A stretch of DNA of 63,026 bases, the filler included, from Folioceros fuciformis (lineage: Eukaryota), in NCBI GenBank assembly GCA_049999805.1. It is 9 parts of 9 records of this genome, joined end to end, with 100 filler letters (N's around TTAATTAATTAA, not from the genome) between each part and the next. Parts side by side here need not be neighbours in the genome. Positions count along the whole stretch, not along the records: positions 32,374 to 40,263 come from JBNGIO010003552.1; positions 40,364 to 48,263 come from JBNGIO010003553.1; positions 48,364 to 58,190 come from JBNGIO010003554.1; 6 more parts are not named here. One strand, written 5' to 3'. Position 1 is the stretch's first letter; the number at the start of each line of letters is the position of its first letter. The position numbers and the translations under genes were made by a program. The notes below the pieces were generated by a model. It was given only the letters and a program-made list of their open reading frames with translations. It did not search any database and was not told where the DNA came from. Shown one piece after another: positions 36,777 to 48,914 of this stretch.

Positions 36777-39521
36777 CTACGATGTGTCCATGCTAGCAGC
36801 GCTGTCTAACAAAGTCAAATATTCAGCAATGGCCTCTCCTTCTCGTCCTAATTCTATGTCGTATTCTGCCAAAGGATCCCCAGTTATGTTTCTTGCAATG
36901 TCCTCTTCCATCTCTTCGTCCCGAGGAACAGTGTCATCTGGTTGACTTCCGTCTTCCACAACAGCTCTTTCTTCGCCTGTGTCCGCATTTGCATCACTTA
37001 CACCTGACGAATCTCCGCCAGCAGTTGCTAGCGAGCTGGGAGAGCTAGAATGCATTGCTGATTCAGCTCTCCGCAGCAGGACCTCAATGGCTTCGTCGGT
37101 GTCTCCCACCTGTCCTAAGACGCTAGTAACTGGCACAACCCACGAGTCTCTCACAGTCAGTGAACACACGGAAAATGGACATGACCACATTTTGAAGTAA
37201 AACTCTCTGCTGTAAATGTCTTACCATCTCCTACATCAAATCCCATTGCCACCAGCTCAGCTACTGCAGCTTGATCTACAGAATCACGCCGCCGCCTTTT
37301 CAGGAATGTCTGGAAAACAGTGTGAATCTCAGCTTCAAACAAAAAGGGTGGTAAGACAAATGGAAACTGGTGATTCTGAGGTCTCACAAACCTGCAAGGC
37401 AGTCCGTGTAGTGGGATTTGCCAAAATGTCCAGTGCCACCTCTCTGTCATTGTTACCTTGCTTCAAAGCTTCAGCTGCGAGTCCCCTCTCATAGCTGTGA
37501 AGTTGAAAAAGAATTATGTGGTGAGCAACAAACATCAATACAGAAACAGGTTACTAAACCAAAAAGAAACGCAATTTCTGCGATAGCAGATGGTGTGTGC
37601 CAGAACAAACCCCAAGGAGCCTAATTCTGCAAGACTTGTCATATCCACCCACTTCCCATTCAATGTCTTCCCATATTCCCGCTGTTCCCTGAACCAGCAC
37701 AACCATTCAACAGCACGTTACAATTTGTTGCATATCCTAGTACGCCAACAGCAAAGATTGCTCTACAAACAACCAGCACCAGATCCTACAAGTGTGAAAG
37801 AGGACTCTAGGTTTTTGGCTTGGATTCACCTCCGACTTTGTTCTTTAACCCTATCCTCCTCCCTCTTCGCATCACTCTTCCGCTTCTCTTCCATAACAAA
37901 ATCTACAGCTTTGCCTACATCTTGACCTGAAACTCGTAGAGCTCTTCTACTCTCCTTCAAGGTGAATCCCATTGCAGCCAGGGTGGCAACAGATTCATCA
38001 GACACTTGTAGCTGCAATCAGACGATGGACATTGGTTCAAACAGCAAAGGCAGAACATGCATCAATCCAATAATAACGTATCAGCGAGAGATGTTCTCAA
38101 CTACTTGCTGAAACCTTGGTTAAGATAGCAAAGTCAGACCATTCACCCACCAAATGATAACAGATCAGCGAGAGACGTTGTCAAGTACCTGCTGAAACTT
38201 GCCCTGAGCAGCAAGCAACGACCGGCGGGCAGACTGTGTTTGTCCAGTGTGATATGCAACAACACCCTCCAACAGCTCCAGACGAACGTACCTGCAACAC
38301 ATCAACGGTTACATTACACATCCATGCAAGAAACAAAACTGTTTACAATGATGGTATGGTCAATAAGGAGCGAAACTCACAAGGCCAGCTCTGGTGAAAA
38401 CCCTCCTTGAAGCACCCTTAGCCTTTCTAAATTAGGACCATGCGCACGAGACAATCCAGCCCGAGCTAGAGCAAGGCGCTCTTTTGCAACAGCTAGTCGC
38501 TCAATATGATTCAACCTGAATAAACACCAGACTGTGTCAATCTGCACCAATGCGACATTGTCGACAACCTGCAGGGTCAAACGTACAGCACAAACTGAGT
38601 TCCACGAAACCAGAGACTTTCTTCTTTCAGATAAACGATCGGCCAGGCTAAAGATGCGCAATTCTCGCCTCAAGTATTTCGCGGTCACTCAGGGAGAATG
38701 CTTCCTGTACAAGCCCAACATCATCGCTCAACTAGCATGTAACACAGACTCAAACCGTAAGCCTCAGATACTTGAACACGAAACGAAATCATACCTCAGC
38801 CATCCCGAGAACCTCAAGGGCCTCGACGAATTGTTCTTCTTGAACCAGATTGCGGGCTTTAGCATGGAGCATGAGTCCCATCATCAAGGCTCTGGCTCAG
38901 CAGGATCATCCACGAGTCAGTGCCGAGCATAGCCCACACCACACCCGTGCGAAACGTAAAAACAAAAGCACGCACTTCCTGTCATCCTCAGACTTGAAAC
39001 TCATCTCCTGTCCAGCCTGATTATCAAGCTCCAAGACGTAGTTTGGTACATCTGCGTTGGACATGGCATCCACGGCTGCCCTACAAAGGGTGTCATAAGA
39101 TGGTGAGCAAAACGGACAGGAACGACCAGAATTCCAAACCCAAGCCCGAGCTCAGACCACGACTCCGCAGTACGTACTTGATTCTCCTGAGCCTCTCGGA
39201 GCGCTCACCCGCAGCATTGATTGCCTGAGCCTGCTCCGCTCCAATTCTGGTCATGAGAAGCTTGGAATTGACACCCAGCCCGACCTCCCGGAGGCAGCGC
39301 AGGCCGGCAGGCGAGCCCCGCTCATCCTTGAGCGTCTTCCCTCCGCAGATGAGATTGATGGAGGGAGCGGAGAATCCCGTGATCCTGGCCAACTCCGTCC
39401 TCAAGTCCGCCACAGTCCAAGCATCCAACGACACCTCAATCACCCCTGACCATGCCCCTGCTACCCGAAGCTTCGTGCAGTCTCGACTGGTGCTGGCTTC
39501 GTTCACGTCCCCGTTCGCCAT
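36777..39521 (-). CDS. NUB1: NEDD8 ultimate buster 1-like protein (UBL plus UBA domains), multi-exon
   Basis: N-terminal UBL (INLICGGKTLKD); LELDNQAG..FKSEDDRK/ALMMGLMLHAK; DNVALVQIDTVWC; HGPNLERL; LELLEGVVAYH; UBA LAAMGF..RRALR; C-terminal DPLAEYDIEL..EGEAIAEYL. Confidence 0.92.
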
Positions 39522-40263
39522 ACTCGTACCTCAAGCCTTTCCCACAGCAGGCTCCCGACACCCCCAAACCCTGACTGCTCCCTGACCCTCCGCACGCTTT
39601 CAATTGCGGACCACGACAACCCAAGCACCTGGAGCGGAGGACTCCCAATTCTCCCAACTCTCGCGGAACTGAGCCTCCTGCTTCCAGATCACGCAGGCCT
39701 ACATTTCTCTATTCATAGAAGACAACTTCTTGCTGACTTGTATCTGCCCGACATATTTTCATACAATCTGTTGATACCTATGCATTATTATTATTATTAT
39801 TATTATTATTATAAAAACAATTCTAATAGCTTGATTATTTACACCTGGTTTGATTCTAATACCATAGGAATTCAAGAAATCATTTCGTATTATTAAATAT
39901 AATTTCATTTAGTATTTTTTTAAACTGGACATCAAAGCTATTATTTATATCAAAACATAAGAAGATATTGTTCAAGACAAGTCTTGTAAACAACTACAAA
40001 TAATTATTTATATTTATATTAGTAATATAATATATATTTTAAATTATATATTATATTACTAATATAAAATTAGGACCTTTTTTTAACTCAAAGAATAATA
40101 ATCCTACATCCATCTATCATAGACATCTTGCACAAAATTCTAGGGCAGTAGTGTTATCAAAATCCATGTTGAATACATCTACATTGGTGGAAAGCTTCAT
40201 CATAGTATCAAGAATTACATCACACTAAGAATGTTTTAAAACCATGGCCAACACATCCAAAGC

Positions 40264-40363
40264 NNNNNNNNNNNNNNNNNNNNNNNNNNNNNNNNNNNNN
40301 NNNNNNNTTAATTAATTAANNNNNNNNNNNNNNNNNNNNNNNNNNNNNNNNNNNNNNNNNNNN
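40264..40363. other. Artificial scaffold linker
   Basis: N44-TTAATTAATTAA-N44. Confidence 0.97.
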
Positions 40364-41769
40364 CAAGGGCATGGGAGTTGAAGATTTAGCAGGGGAACCA
40401 GTAGTAGGTGATGAAAACAATGATTATGAAAAAGCAGCAGAGGAGCTTCAAAAGGTAAGGCGGTTGGAAGATCTATAATCATCAAAATTGTTGCATTACA
40501 CTATCATGACTTCAAAAAGAACAAATAAAGAGCTTCTTTTATAGGCATGGGAGCTTATGGATAATGGTCACATTGAAGATGCTATTGAGGCAAGCAATAT
40601 TGACACTGGACTTGCTCCCAAACCTGAACTCAATCCCTCTATACTTAGAGGAAAAAATAATGGTCCGGAAAGTGGATATCTTGGTTCAACACACCCGGAT
40701 ATGGGCCCAATTTATACAAAAATGGCAAAGGTATCATGTATGGCCATCTATTACTCATGAGAATCACTTCTCTCTTATTTACAATACAATAACTAAGACT
40801 ATAATGATATAGACTCGAATAAAACAAGGCAAACTTGAAGAAGGAACAATTATATTGGATAAGGCCATAGAATCCTATGAGTCTTCATTCTCTGTAAATC
40901 ATGCTGCTATTGCATATCTTAACTATGAGCTTGGAGTTACATTTCATCGCCTTAAGGTAATATTTAGAAATTTTTGTACTGTATCGTTTCATTATCAAAA
41001 TTAGTATCCTCTAAACAAATTATTTACCTCTTTGTAGAAATATGAAGAGTCTATGAAAGAGTTGAATAAAGCAGCTAAATTTTGTGATGACAACAAGAAC
41101 CAAGGGAAGTATGATGGCCTAGCATTGCAAGTGATGAAGCAACAAGCTATTTGTTTGTATGAAGTCAATGAATTTAAGGGAGCTAAACAAATGTTTGAAA
41201 CACTCATGGAGAACCAAAAATTGGTTTTCGGTGCTCACAGCATCTCTGTAGCAGAGGTATATTACTTCCATATTCATAACTCGATGTAGATATCCTTGAG
41301 CGCACTTGCATCGCCATGTCTTCCATTAATAAATATTCTCTTGCTTGTGTAAGCACCTAATAGTTTATAAGAATCTTATCCTTTTTTAGTTGTCTCCTAG
41401 TACACCATAAGATTTTGATAAATGGTTTGTTATATTGTTGTACNNNNNNNNNNNNNNNNNNNNNNNNNNNNNNNNNNNNNNNNNNNNNNNNNNNNNNNNN
41501 NNNNNNNNNNNNNNNNNNNNNNNNNNNNNNNNNNNNNNNNNNNAATGCAACATATGGAAGAAGCATGCAATCAATACAATCGAGCCCTAAGAATACTTCG
41601 TCGAAGATTAGGATCAAAAAATGAAACAGTGAAACAACTTGTTCGTTATGTCAAACAATTGAATTTCGTCATCCCATCAAAAGAAGCAGATATTTGCATT
41701 CCAGAAACCTTATTTGTAAGAGTTGCTAACTACCAATCAGAAAATGCCACAATGATAAGATCTTGTTAG
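40364..41769 (+). CDS. Partial multi-exon TPR protein with kinesin-light-chain/TPR_12-type repeats; 5' end missing
   Basis: Exons approximately 40364-40454, 40545-40730, 40813-40956, 41038-41256 and ~41544-41769. Peptides LGSTHPDMGPIYTKMAK, QGKLEEG..LDKAIE, FGAHSISVAE, YNRALRILRRRLG. Confidence 0.75.
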
Positions 41770-42679
41770 CTTTTAATCACGTACAAGTCCTTGTCTAAAT
41801 ATAAAACCCCAAATTGGTGAAATAAAGTCTTCGAACACCACCTGATTAAGAACTTATCTAATATAAAATTATTCTTATTATTATTTTTGCATTAACCTAC
41901 TACAAACAATACTAGTATTACTATACAACACTAATGATCACATTAGTATCTACAATTGATGGATGCGGAGAGTGCAACCACAATCATCTTGTGGGAGTTG
42001 GGAAGGGGCAAGAGGGTGTGATCGAGCTGTGGAGGGGTTGGGGAGCCAACCTGGTTGTTGCGTTTTGTTGGGTGCCCACAAGCCATGCAGGACAGCAAGG
42101 CCACCTAAGAATGCGTCGATGGTGGGGTGATGAGGAGTTATTAGCAGCCATGCTAGCCAAAGGAGGCCCGGGTTGGGCTAGTTAGGACTCCACCTTGCGA
42201 GAGATAACGTAATGAACCCTATCTTGGAAACCAACTTGGAAGAGGGTTTCCAATTCAAATGGTCGGCGTGGTTCGATCTCCTCTCCCAACTACAAGAGTT
42301 TGCCACTTTGGGACAACAATTACCCTTGGCACACAAAGTACAACTTGGAGGACTGTTGGCCGGTGCTTGCTGGCAGGTTCAATGTGTGGCAGATTATGGT
42401 GGGTCCATGAGTAGGAGTTACCAACAAATAGTAGTAAACGAGATTCAAACCTATTGGAGGAGGATTTTCTAGCTCACACTTGAGGGTTGAAAAGCAGGCT
42501 AGCTCTTTGGTTGTCGATCGAGGTCCATCCCTAGTGCTAATTGGCTGGAGTGTCTATCTTTGTTGGTCCTTGGTTTGCAATTTATGTCACTATGGGAATT
42601 CTCCAAGGCAACTCTATCACAAAACAAACATTTTGTCACATAAAGGACTTGCTGTACGGGTTAAGGGTTTAAGGGGCAT

Positions 42680-43540
42680 CGAAGGAAGTAGCATAGTACC
42701 GATGCAAGGAGGGCTACAAGCATGTGGACCTAGGCAAAGCTTTTGTGAGCATGTCTACTATATTGTCTCCAGTTGGAATATACTATATCTCAACCTCACC
42801 TATGTCGATTGCTTGCCTAATAAAATAGTGAGTGATGTCTATATGTTTCAACTTGGCCTGAAACATTGGGTTTTTTGTAAGTGCAATCGTGGATTGAGTT
42901 ATTGCACCAGGAATGGGTTGCTCCTGCTGGTAGTTGTTGCAAGCCTCTAAAGAAAAGAAAGTATTCAAACAACTTCCCCTGTAGGCTGAGACAAAGCTCC
43001 ATATTCAACCTCAGTTGATGATAAGGTGGACCATGAAATCATTGAAACCTTGAGCAAATTGCAATAGGCAATTATGCTCCTACGACTTTTAGAGTCTCTT
43101 GCCTAGTATGTGTCACAATATGATGTAAGTTGTAATCATGCAACCTGCTTGGTATACTTCAAACTATATATTAATGTTCCCTTCTAGTATCTAAAAATCC
43201 CTTTGATAGCTGTCCATTGTTGCTTTACCTAGATTTTCTAAAAATTGAAATACTTTGCTCAAACTCTAGAAATGTCTAACCTGGTCTAAGCAGTAAGATA
43301 AATTAGGCTACCTACTACTTGCCTATATGGACAAGAGGACATCAAATCTTTTTCCTCTTATGTAGAAGGACACTATTCCTTCAAAAGTTTCTTGCCTGTA
43401 GCCATAGGTGTTGACACTAGACATGCATCAACAATGTCAAAACATTGCAGCAGCTGATGGACAAAGTTCTCCCGATAGATCTATATGCTGTGCATGTCAT
43501 TGGAAAAATGGAACCGTACACCAAGAGAGATTGAGCTAAC
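42680..43540 (-). mobile_element. Degenerate Ty1/copia RT-RNaseH remnant
   Basis: LVSTPMA, PYRQVVGSLIYL, KNPMFQAKLKHIDITHYFIR, IVDMLTKAL; many stops and frameshifts; breaks off at 43540. Confidence 0.88.
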
Positions 43541-44029
43541 TGTCAGGCCCAAAAATAAACATTGTGGAGTGGCGTTTGATTACCCTCCGGACTCATTTAT
43601 GGAGTAAGTGGAATATTTGTTTTCTTAATACTAATTTCGGCAATCTCGAGTTTTTCAAAGTAAAAGGCATGCCGCACCTTTGGACGGCCACTAAGCAAAC
43701 GAAGTGACAGCAAGGACGTTTCATTCAAGATTCGGTGTACCTAACGTCATGCAGGAGGGGAGGCATAACCTAAAGGAAATTATGTTAGTTTAGGTTAGTT
43801 TCATAATGTTAAATAAGTAACCATCTAGGGTTAAATATCTCTAGCAATCTAGGTTAAATGCGTTGTACTATAAATACCTTTTTGTTCTTCATGTTTACTC
43901 TCCTTTTAATAATTCATTTCTTCTATTCTACCTATCCATTAGCCTACATTACTAGCAAGCAACCGATGCTCTGCGGATCGGATCACATAATCAGCTTATT
44001 AGTTAATTAAATACCCTGAAATACATATA
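43541..44029 (+). mobile_element. LTR-like segment interrupting the copia RT
   Basis: Begins TGTCAGG exactly where copia homology stops; TATA-like tataaatacc at ~43869. No partner LTR is visible. Confidence 0.45.
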
Positions 44030-47000
44030 AGTAACAATGCTGGTTTGAGTGCCAAGCAAGTAAGCTCCATGCAGAGGCATGTTTAGCAGAGCAGGTTACT
44101 AAGAGCATGAGAAGCATGCAGCCCTAGGAAAAGTGTGTGGTAGTGAATAATAGCTTAAGGCTTAAGTAAGTGCTTAAGTAAGTAGTTGCTAAGTTAGTGA
44201 CTAGAGCTTGTGTATAAAAGGGGGCCTAGCCAAGGGCTAAGGCAAGTTCAGTACAGTGGAGTTGAGATCAGTATCTCCTCAAAGCCTTGAGAGCACATGA
44301 AAGGTGCTGTGAAGGAGCTGTGGGAGGAGGTCAAGAGAAGGGAGAGCTAAACTCCTAGCTTAGGCAAAGATGGGGAGTTCTCTCTAGCCCTCCAGCTCTG
44401 TATGTTCTTGTTGACTCGTGATTTGAATAAAGAGCAGCAGCAAGGGTGTTGGCTGCGAGTCCTCCTAGAAGAGAAGGGCGGGCTACTTGGAGGCCTAGTG
44501 CTGTGTCCGGTGTTACTTGTAAACCGACCCTTGCTTTGGCTTCTAACTGCGTGGTTCTGCCCCACCCTGCTGAAGGGGGTGTTACTTGTTGGTATCAGAG
44601 CATAGGTTGAAGCATCCTTGACTAGTACGCTGGTTAACGATGGCAGATCCTGCTGAGCCAGGCAGAGCAGAGAAGGTACGCCGCAGGAAGGATAAGGCCC
44701 CGCTTACCGAAGCCGTTGTGGAAGAGCCACAGGCGGATCCTCAAGTCGTGAGAACGACATAGGAAGGAACTTCGGAGCAAAGGACCAGTACCACCATAGA
44801 GGACCAGCTCCAAAAAATCATGAGGAGACTTGAGGCCCTTGATCAAGAGATCAAAGGCAAACGTAGGCTCGTTGATGAAGAGCCAGAAGAAGTGGAGCCC
44901 GAGCCTGAGATTAGTGCTCATAAGAAGGCCAAGAAGTTGAGATTGAGTGTTCCTGCGCCTAAGAGTTATAAGGGCGAGCGTGACGTAGAGAAAATCAGTT
45001 CTTGGTTTTTCTCTTTGGAAGCGTACTTGGAATCATGCGGAGTGCCGCAAGACAAGTACTTGAAGCACGTCACGAATTTCTTAGACGAGTATGCTCTTAC
45101 TTGGTGGAGGACTTACGTAGAGATCGTAAGGCAAGGCAATCGCAGAGCAACAATCTTCACATGGGCAGACTTCAAGGAAGCGCTGCAACTCCGTTTCCAA
45201 CCAGCTAATGCTGCGAGTTTGGCGCGAAGGATGCTCGACAATGTCAAGCATACTAGAACTTTGCAGGAGTATGTGAGTGAATTTAGCTCTATTGTCTTGC
45301 AATGTCCTGAGATGCATGAGCAAAACAAACTCCACAAGTTTACTACTGGCCTTAAGAGATGGGCTCAAAACAGGATTGCATTGAATAATCCTCAGACTTT
45401 GCAAGAGGCTATGGCAGCAGCAGATGCCATATCGAACATGTTTGTCAAGGAGGCTCCAATCTCGAGGGGGAGATATCCTAGATCTCAGGGTAGATCTAGA
45501 GGCAGAGGACAAGCCACCACCACTAGGAACAGTGCAATTGCTGAGACTACTGCCAGAAGCCGGGGTAGAGGTGATAACAGGAGTCGTGGAAGACGACGTG
45601 CAGCGCCTACCTCTGGTGTATGTTATAGTTGTGGAGAGTAGGGACATTTTGCTATAAATTGTTCACATGCAGGAGCTCCCAACTTGAATCTAGTTGCCAC
45701 AAATCCACCTGTTCCTAGAGCCAGGATCCAAGAGCTCCCTGAAGAGTCTAGGTGACGCCAGGGGCCACATGTTGTGAGGACATGTGGTGAGTCATCGAGT
45801 GTCAAGGATGACACTATTTCCAGGGAGGGTGGAGACTTGATGTATATATGTGGCAAGATCAATGGCTTGGATGTTGAGCTATTGTTAGATTCTGCAGCCA
45901 CCCATAATTTTGTGACTCCATGTAAGGCAAGAGAGCTTGGCCTTGATTGGACTAAAACTTCCACGCCATACGAAATCAAGCAAGCTAAAGGAACTCTGCA
46001 ATTTCTGGGTGAATTGCATGGAGTAAAGCTGCAAGTTGATGCGTGGCAAGGAAGTGTGAGTTTTACAGTCGTGGAGATGGATGACCATGATATCATCCTA
46101 GGTCTGGAATGGTTGAGATCTAATGAAGTGCAAATGGATGTTAAGTCACGCACTATCGAGATATCCAGAAAGCACAAAGTGAGTTGTGCTAGCAGTAGCC
46201 AGAGGCTTGAGAGCATATCAGTACAGCTGATTACAAAAAGAGAGCTCAAGAAAGACCTCAGGAAAAAGAAGGAGTTATACTTGCTTGTACTCCAAGGACT
46301 AGAGGATGGTCTGGAAGAAGATTTCACAGAGGAGAAGGACATCCCAAAAGAAGTACAAGCTGTACTAGATGAGTTCAAGGACTTGATGCCAGATGAGTTG
46401 CCACCATTGCCGTCTCGCAAAGTTGTGGATCATGAAATTGAGTTGAGGCCAGGGAGTACACCTCCTTCGAGAGCACCATATAGATTGTCACAAGATGAGT
46501 TGCAAGAACTTAAGCGACAACTATCCAACCTGTTGGCAAAGGGATATGTCAGAGTTTCTAAGTCTCCCTTTGGTGCGCCTGTGTTATTCACGCGCAAAAA
46601 GAATGGAGGACTTAGATTGTGTCTGGATTACAGAGCTTTGAACCAGATCACAATCAAGAATGCATATCCTTTGCCAAGAATGGATGACATGTTTGATAGG
46701 TTGAAGGGTGCCAAGTATTTTACCAAGCTAGACCTGATGGCAGGGACTATCAGATCAAGATTGCTGAGGGGCATGAGTACAAAACAGCATGTAGAACAAG
46801 GTATGGATCTTTTGAGTTCCTTGTCATGCCATTTGGGCTTACTAATGCACCTGCCACATTTTAGACTCTTATGAACACTATATTCATAGATCTGGTGGAC
46901 AAGTGTGTTGTAATCTATCTGGATGACATTTTGATCTATAGTCATATCTTGGAGGAACATGTTGAACACTTGAGGAAAGTGATACAGAGACTAAGAGAGA

Positions 47001-47280
47001 ATTCTTTGTTCTTGGGAATCAAGAAGTGTGACTTTGTCAAGACAGAAATTTCATTCTTAGGTTTCATTGTCTCTACCGAGGGCATCAGGATGGATCCTGA
47101 TAAAGTTTAGGCCATTCAGGATTGGCAGCCCCCTCGAAATATTCATGAGGTGCGAAGGTTTATGGGTTTGGCTTCTGTGTACAGAAAGTTTCTACATATG
47201 TTTGCTAAGATAGCAGCCCCCATAACTAACCTCTTGAAAACAGCAAAAGCTTGGAAATGGGATACTGAGTGTCAAGCTTT
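44030..47280 (+). mobile_element. Ty3/gypsy LTR retrotransposon: 5' LTR, PBS, gag-protease-RT, 3'-truncated
   Basis: PBS tggtatcagagc at 44590; gag from ATG 44640 (SWFFSLEAYL, CYSCGE*GHFAINC knuckle); protease [49 protein letters not shown]. Stops plus a frameshift near 46745. Confidence 0.95.
44590..44601 (+). promoter_or_regulatory. Primer-binding site complementary to the 3' end of tRNA-iMet
   Basis: TGGTATCAGAGC just upstream of gag. Confidence 0.92.
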
Positions 47281-47429
47281 AGAGATGGAGATGATAAAGA
47301 AGAAGCTGTTATTTTAAGATACATTCTGCTGTTAAATAGGCTTACATAAAACGGTTCGTAACTACTGCTTGATTTTAACTGTTTTATAAAACTACTAAAT
47401 TTGATTAAACTGTTTATGTATTATAACCC

Positions 47430-47505
47430 GAATGAAACGTGCCCTAGAACTTAAGTCCACTAGTGTATGTGAGAACACATTTATGTACCAACACTCCCCC
47501 TCAAC
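47430..47505 (-). mobile_element. Copia-type polypurine tract / 3' LTR junction
   Basis: Minus strand reads GTTGAGGGGGAG-TGTTGG, with the LTR starting at 47493. Extent unknown. Confidence 0.55.
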
Positions 47506-48263
47506 AGTGACTTGGTTCTAGATTGCGGAGCTCAGATGGATGCCATGTTGCATGTGATTCTTCAGTTCCCGCTGAGTGTCTTGTCGAGCATCTGGTGGTT
47601 GCTGCAGATCATGAGTCACTTGATCTCAACTGTGAGTGATGTGGAGGCAAAACCCTGGGCACTGATTGCCAACGGGTTCCACCTTTAGTGGCCACACTTA
47701 TCCCACTATCGTTGAGACATTGGGTTTCGTTCCCACGTAGGAGCGATGGGGTTCCTTGCTACTGTGGATGTAGGGTCGGACTTGATCGACTCGATGATGG
47801 ATTCGAGGGCTCCCCTCCAGCTCCGATCACGCGTAGGACAGGCCTCACCGTCCGGCGGTCAGCTGCACCTCTCTCGGTGCCCACAAACTCACTCCAGTGA
47901 CTACAACGACCCTAACCTCTTAGATGTGCGACTTCCCTCACTCACTCGCTCACTCCAGCACCAACACCAGCAACTAACAATGACACCACTACCTTCTACA
48001 CTTCCCTACTGACTCCTCCTACCTGGCAAGAGTCACCAGACTAACCCCAAAGAAAAGAAAGAAGGGAACACACTCCCCTCTTGGATATCTCCTCCCCACA
48101 GCCTTACCAGATGCCATGAGACATGGCCGGCCTACAGCACTTGTCCAAGCAAGGAACAAGAGTGGACAGGTCGAGAGAAAGACACATCCTTTACAATCAA
48201 GAGCTAGGGGCAAGCCCCTTCACCCTAGTCATTACACCTTGTGATCCTACCAGATACTATACA

Positions 48264-48363
48264 NNNNNNNNNNNNNNNNNNNNNNNNNNNNNNNNNNNNN
48301 NNNNNNNTTAATTAATTAANNNNNNNNNNNNNNNNNNNNNNNNNNNNNNNNNNNNNNNNNNNN
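48264..48363. other. Artificial scaffold linker
   Basis: N44-TTAATTAATTAA-N44. Confidence 0.97.
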
Positions 48364-48865
48364 GAGCCGGAGCCGGAGCCGTAGCCCGCGCCCAGTTAAA
48401 TCACAGGGCCGGGTTCCCCTAAAAATACCCCCCCTAAATTTTACACACCCGCCTCGGATGCCAAGCCATGGCATGCCCATGCGATGCCGCCTTTGTCAGA
48501 GCAACAGAACGGTCTACGGGATCCGAGGCTGCAACATCCATCCTGTGGGCACCGGGAACTGGCACCAGCCGGTGGGCCAGCCGGCGTCGGACACACTCTG
48601 GGTTACGACAACAGAGGTGGCGTTCCCCATCCCGATCCGCTTCTCGAACCCTGGATTGCCCGCCTGTCTGTCTGTGCGGGAGTCTTTGTGTCGGTTAAGC
48701 TCAAGATCCGGAACCCAAAGACAGGGATGCACGGACCGAAGAACAAGTGATGTTGCTGTACCAACGTAACTACATCGCTTGATTGCTCGCTTACCCGCAT
48801 TGCCCGCTACCCATGAACCTTGCAAGGGCTCACGGCGCCACAGTCCCGGTCGTGATCCCCATCCC

Positions 48866-48914
48866 GGTCTCGGTCTCGGTCTCGGTCTCGGGACGGGACG
48901 GGACGGGACGGGAC
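48866..48914. repeat. Compound microsatellite (CGGTCT)n(GGGAC)n running into a gap
   Basis: Directly visible. Confidence 0.9.
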
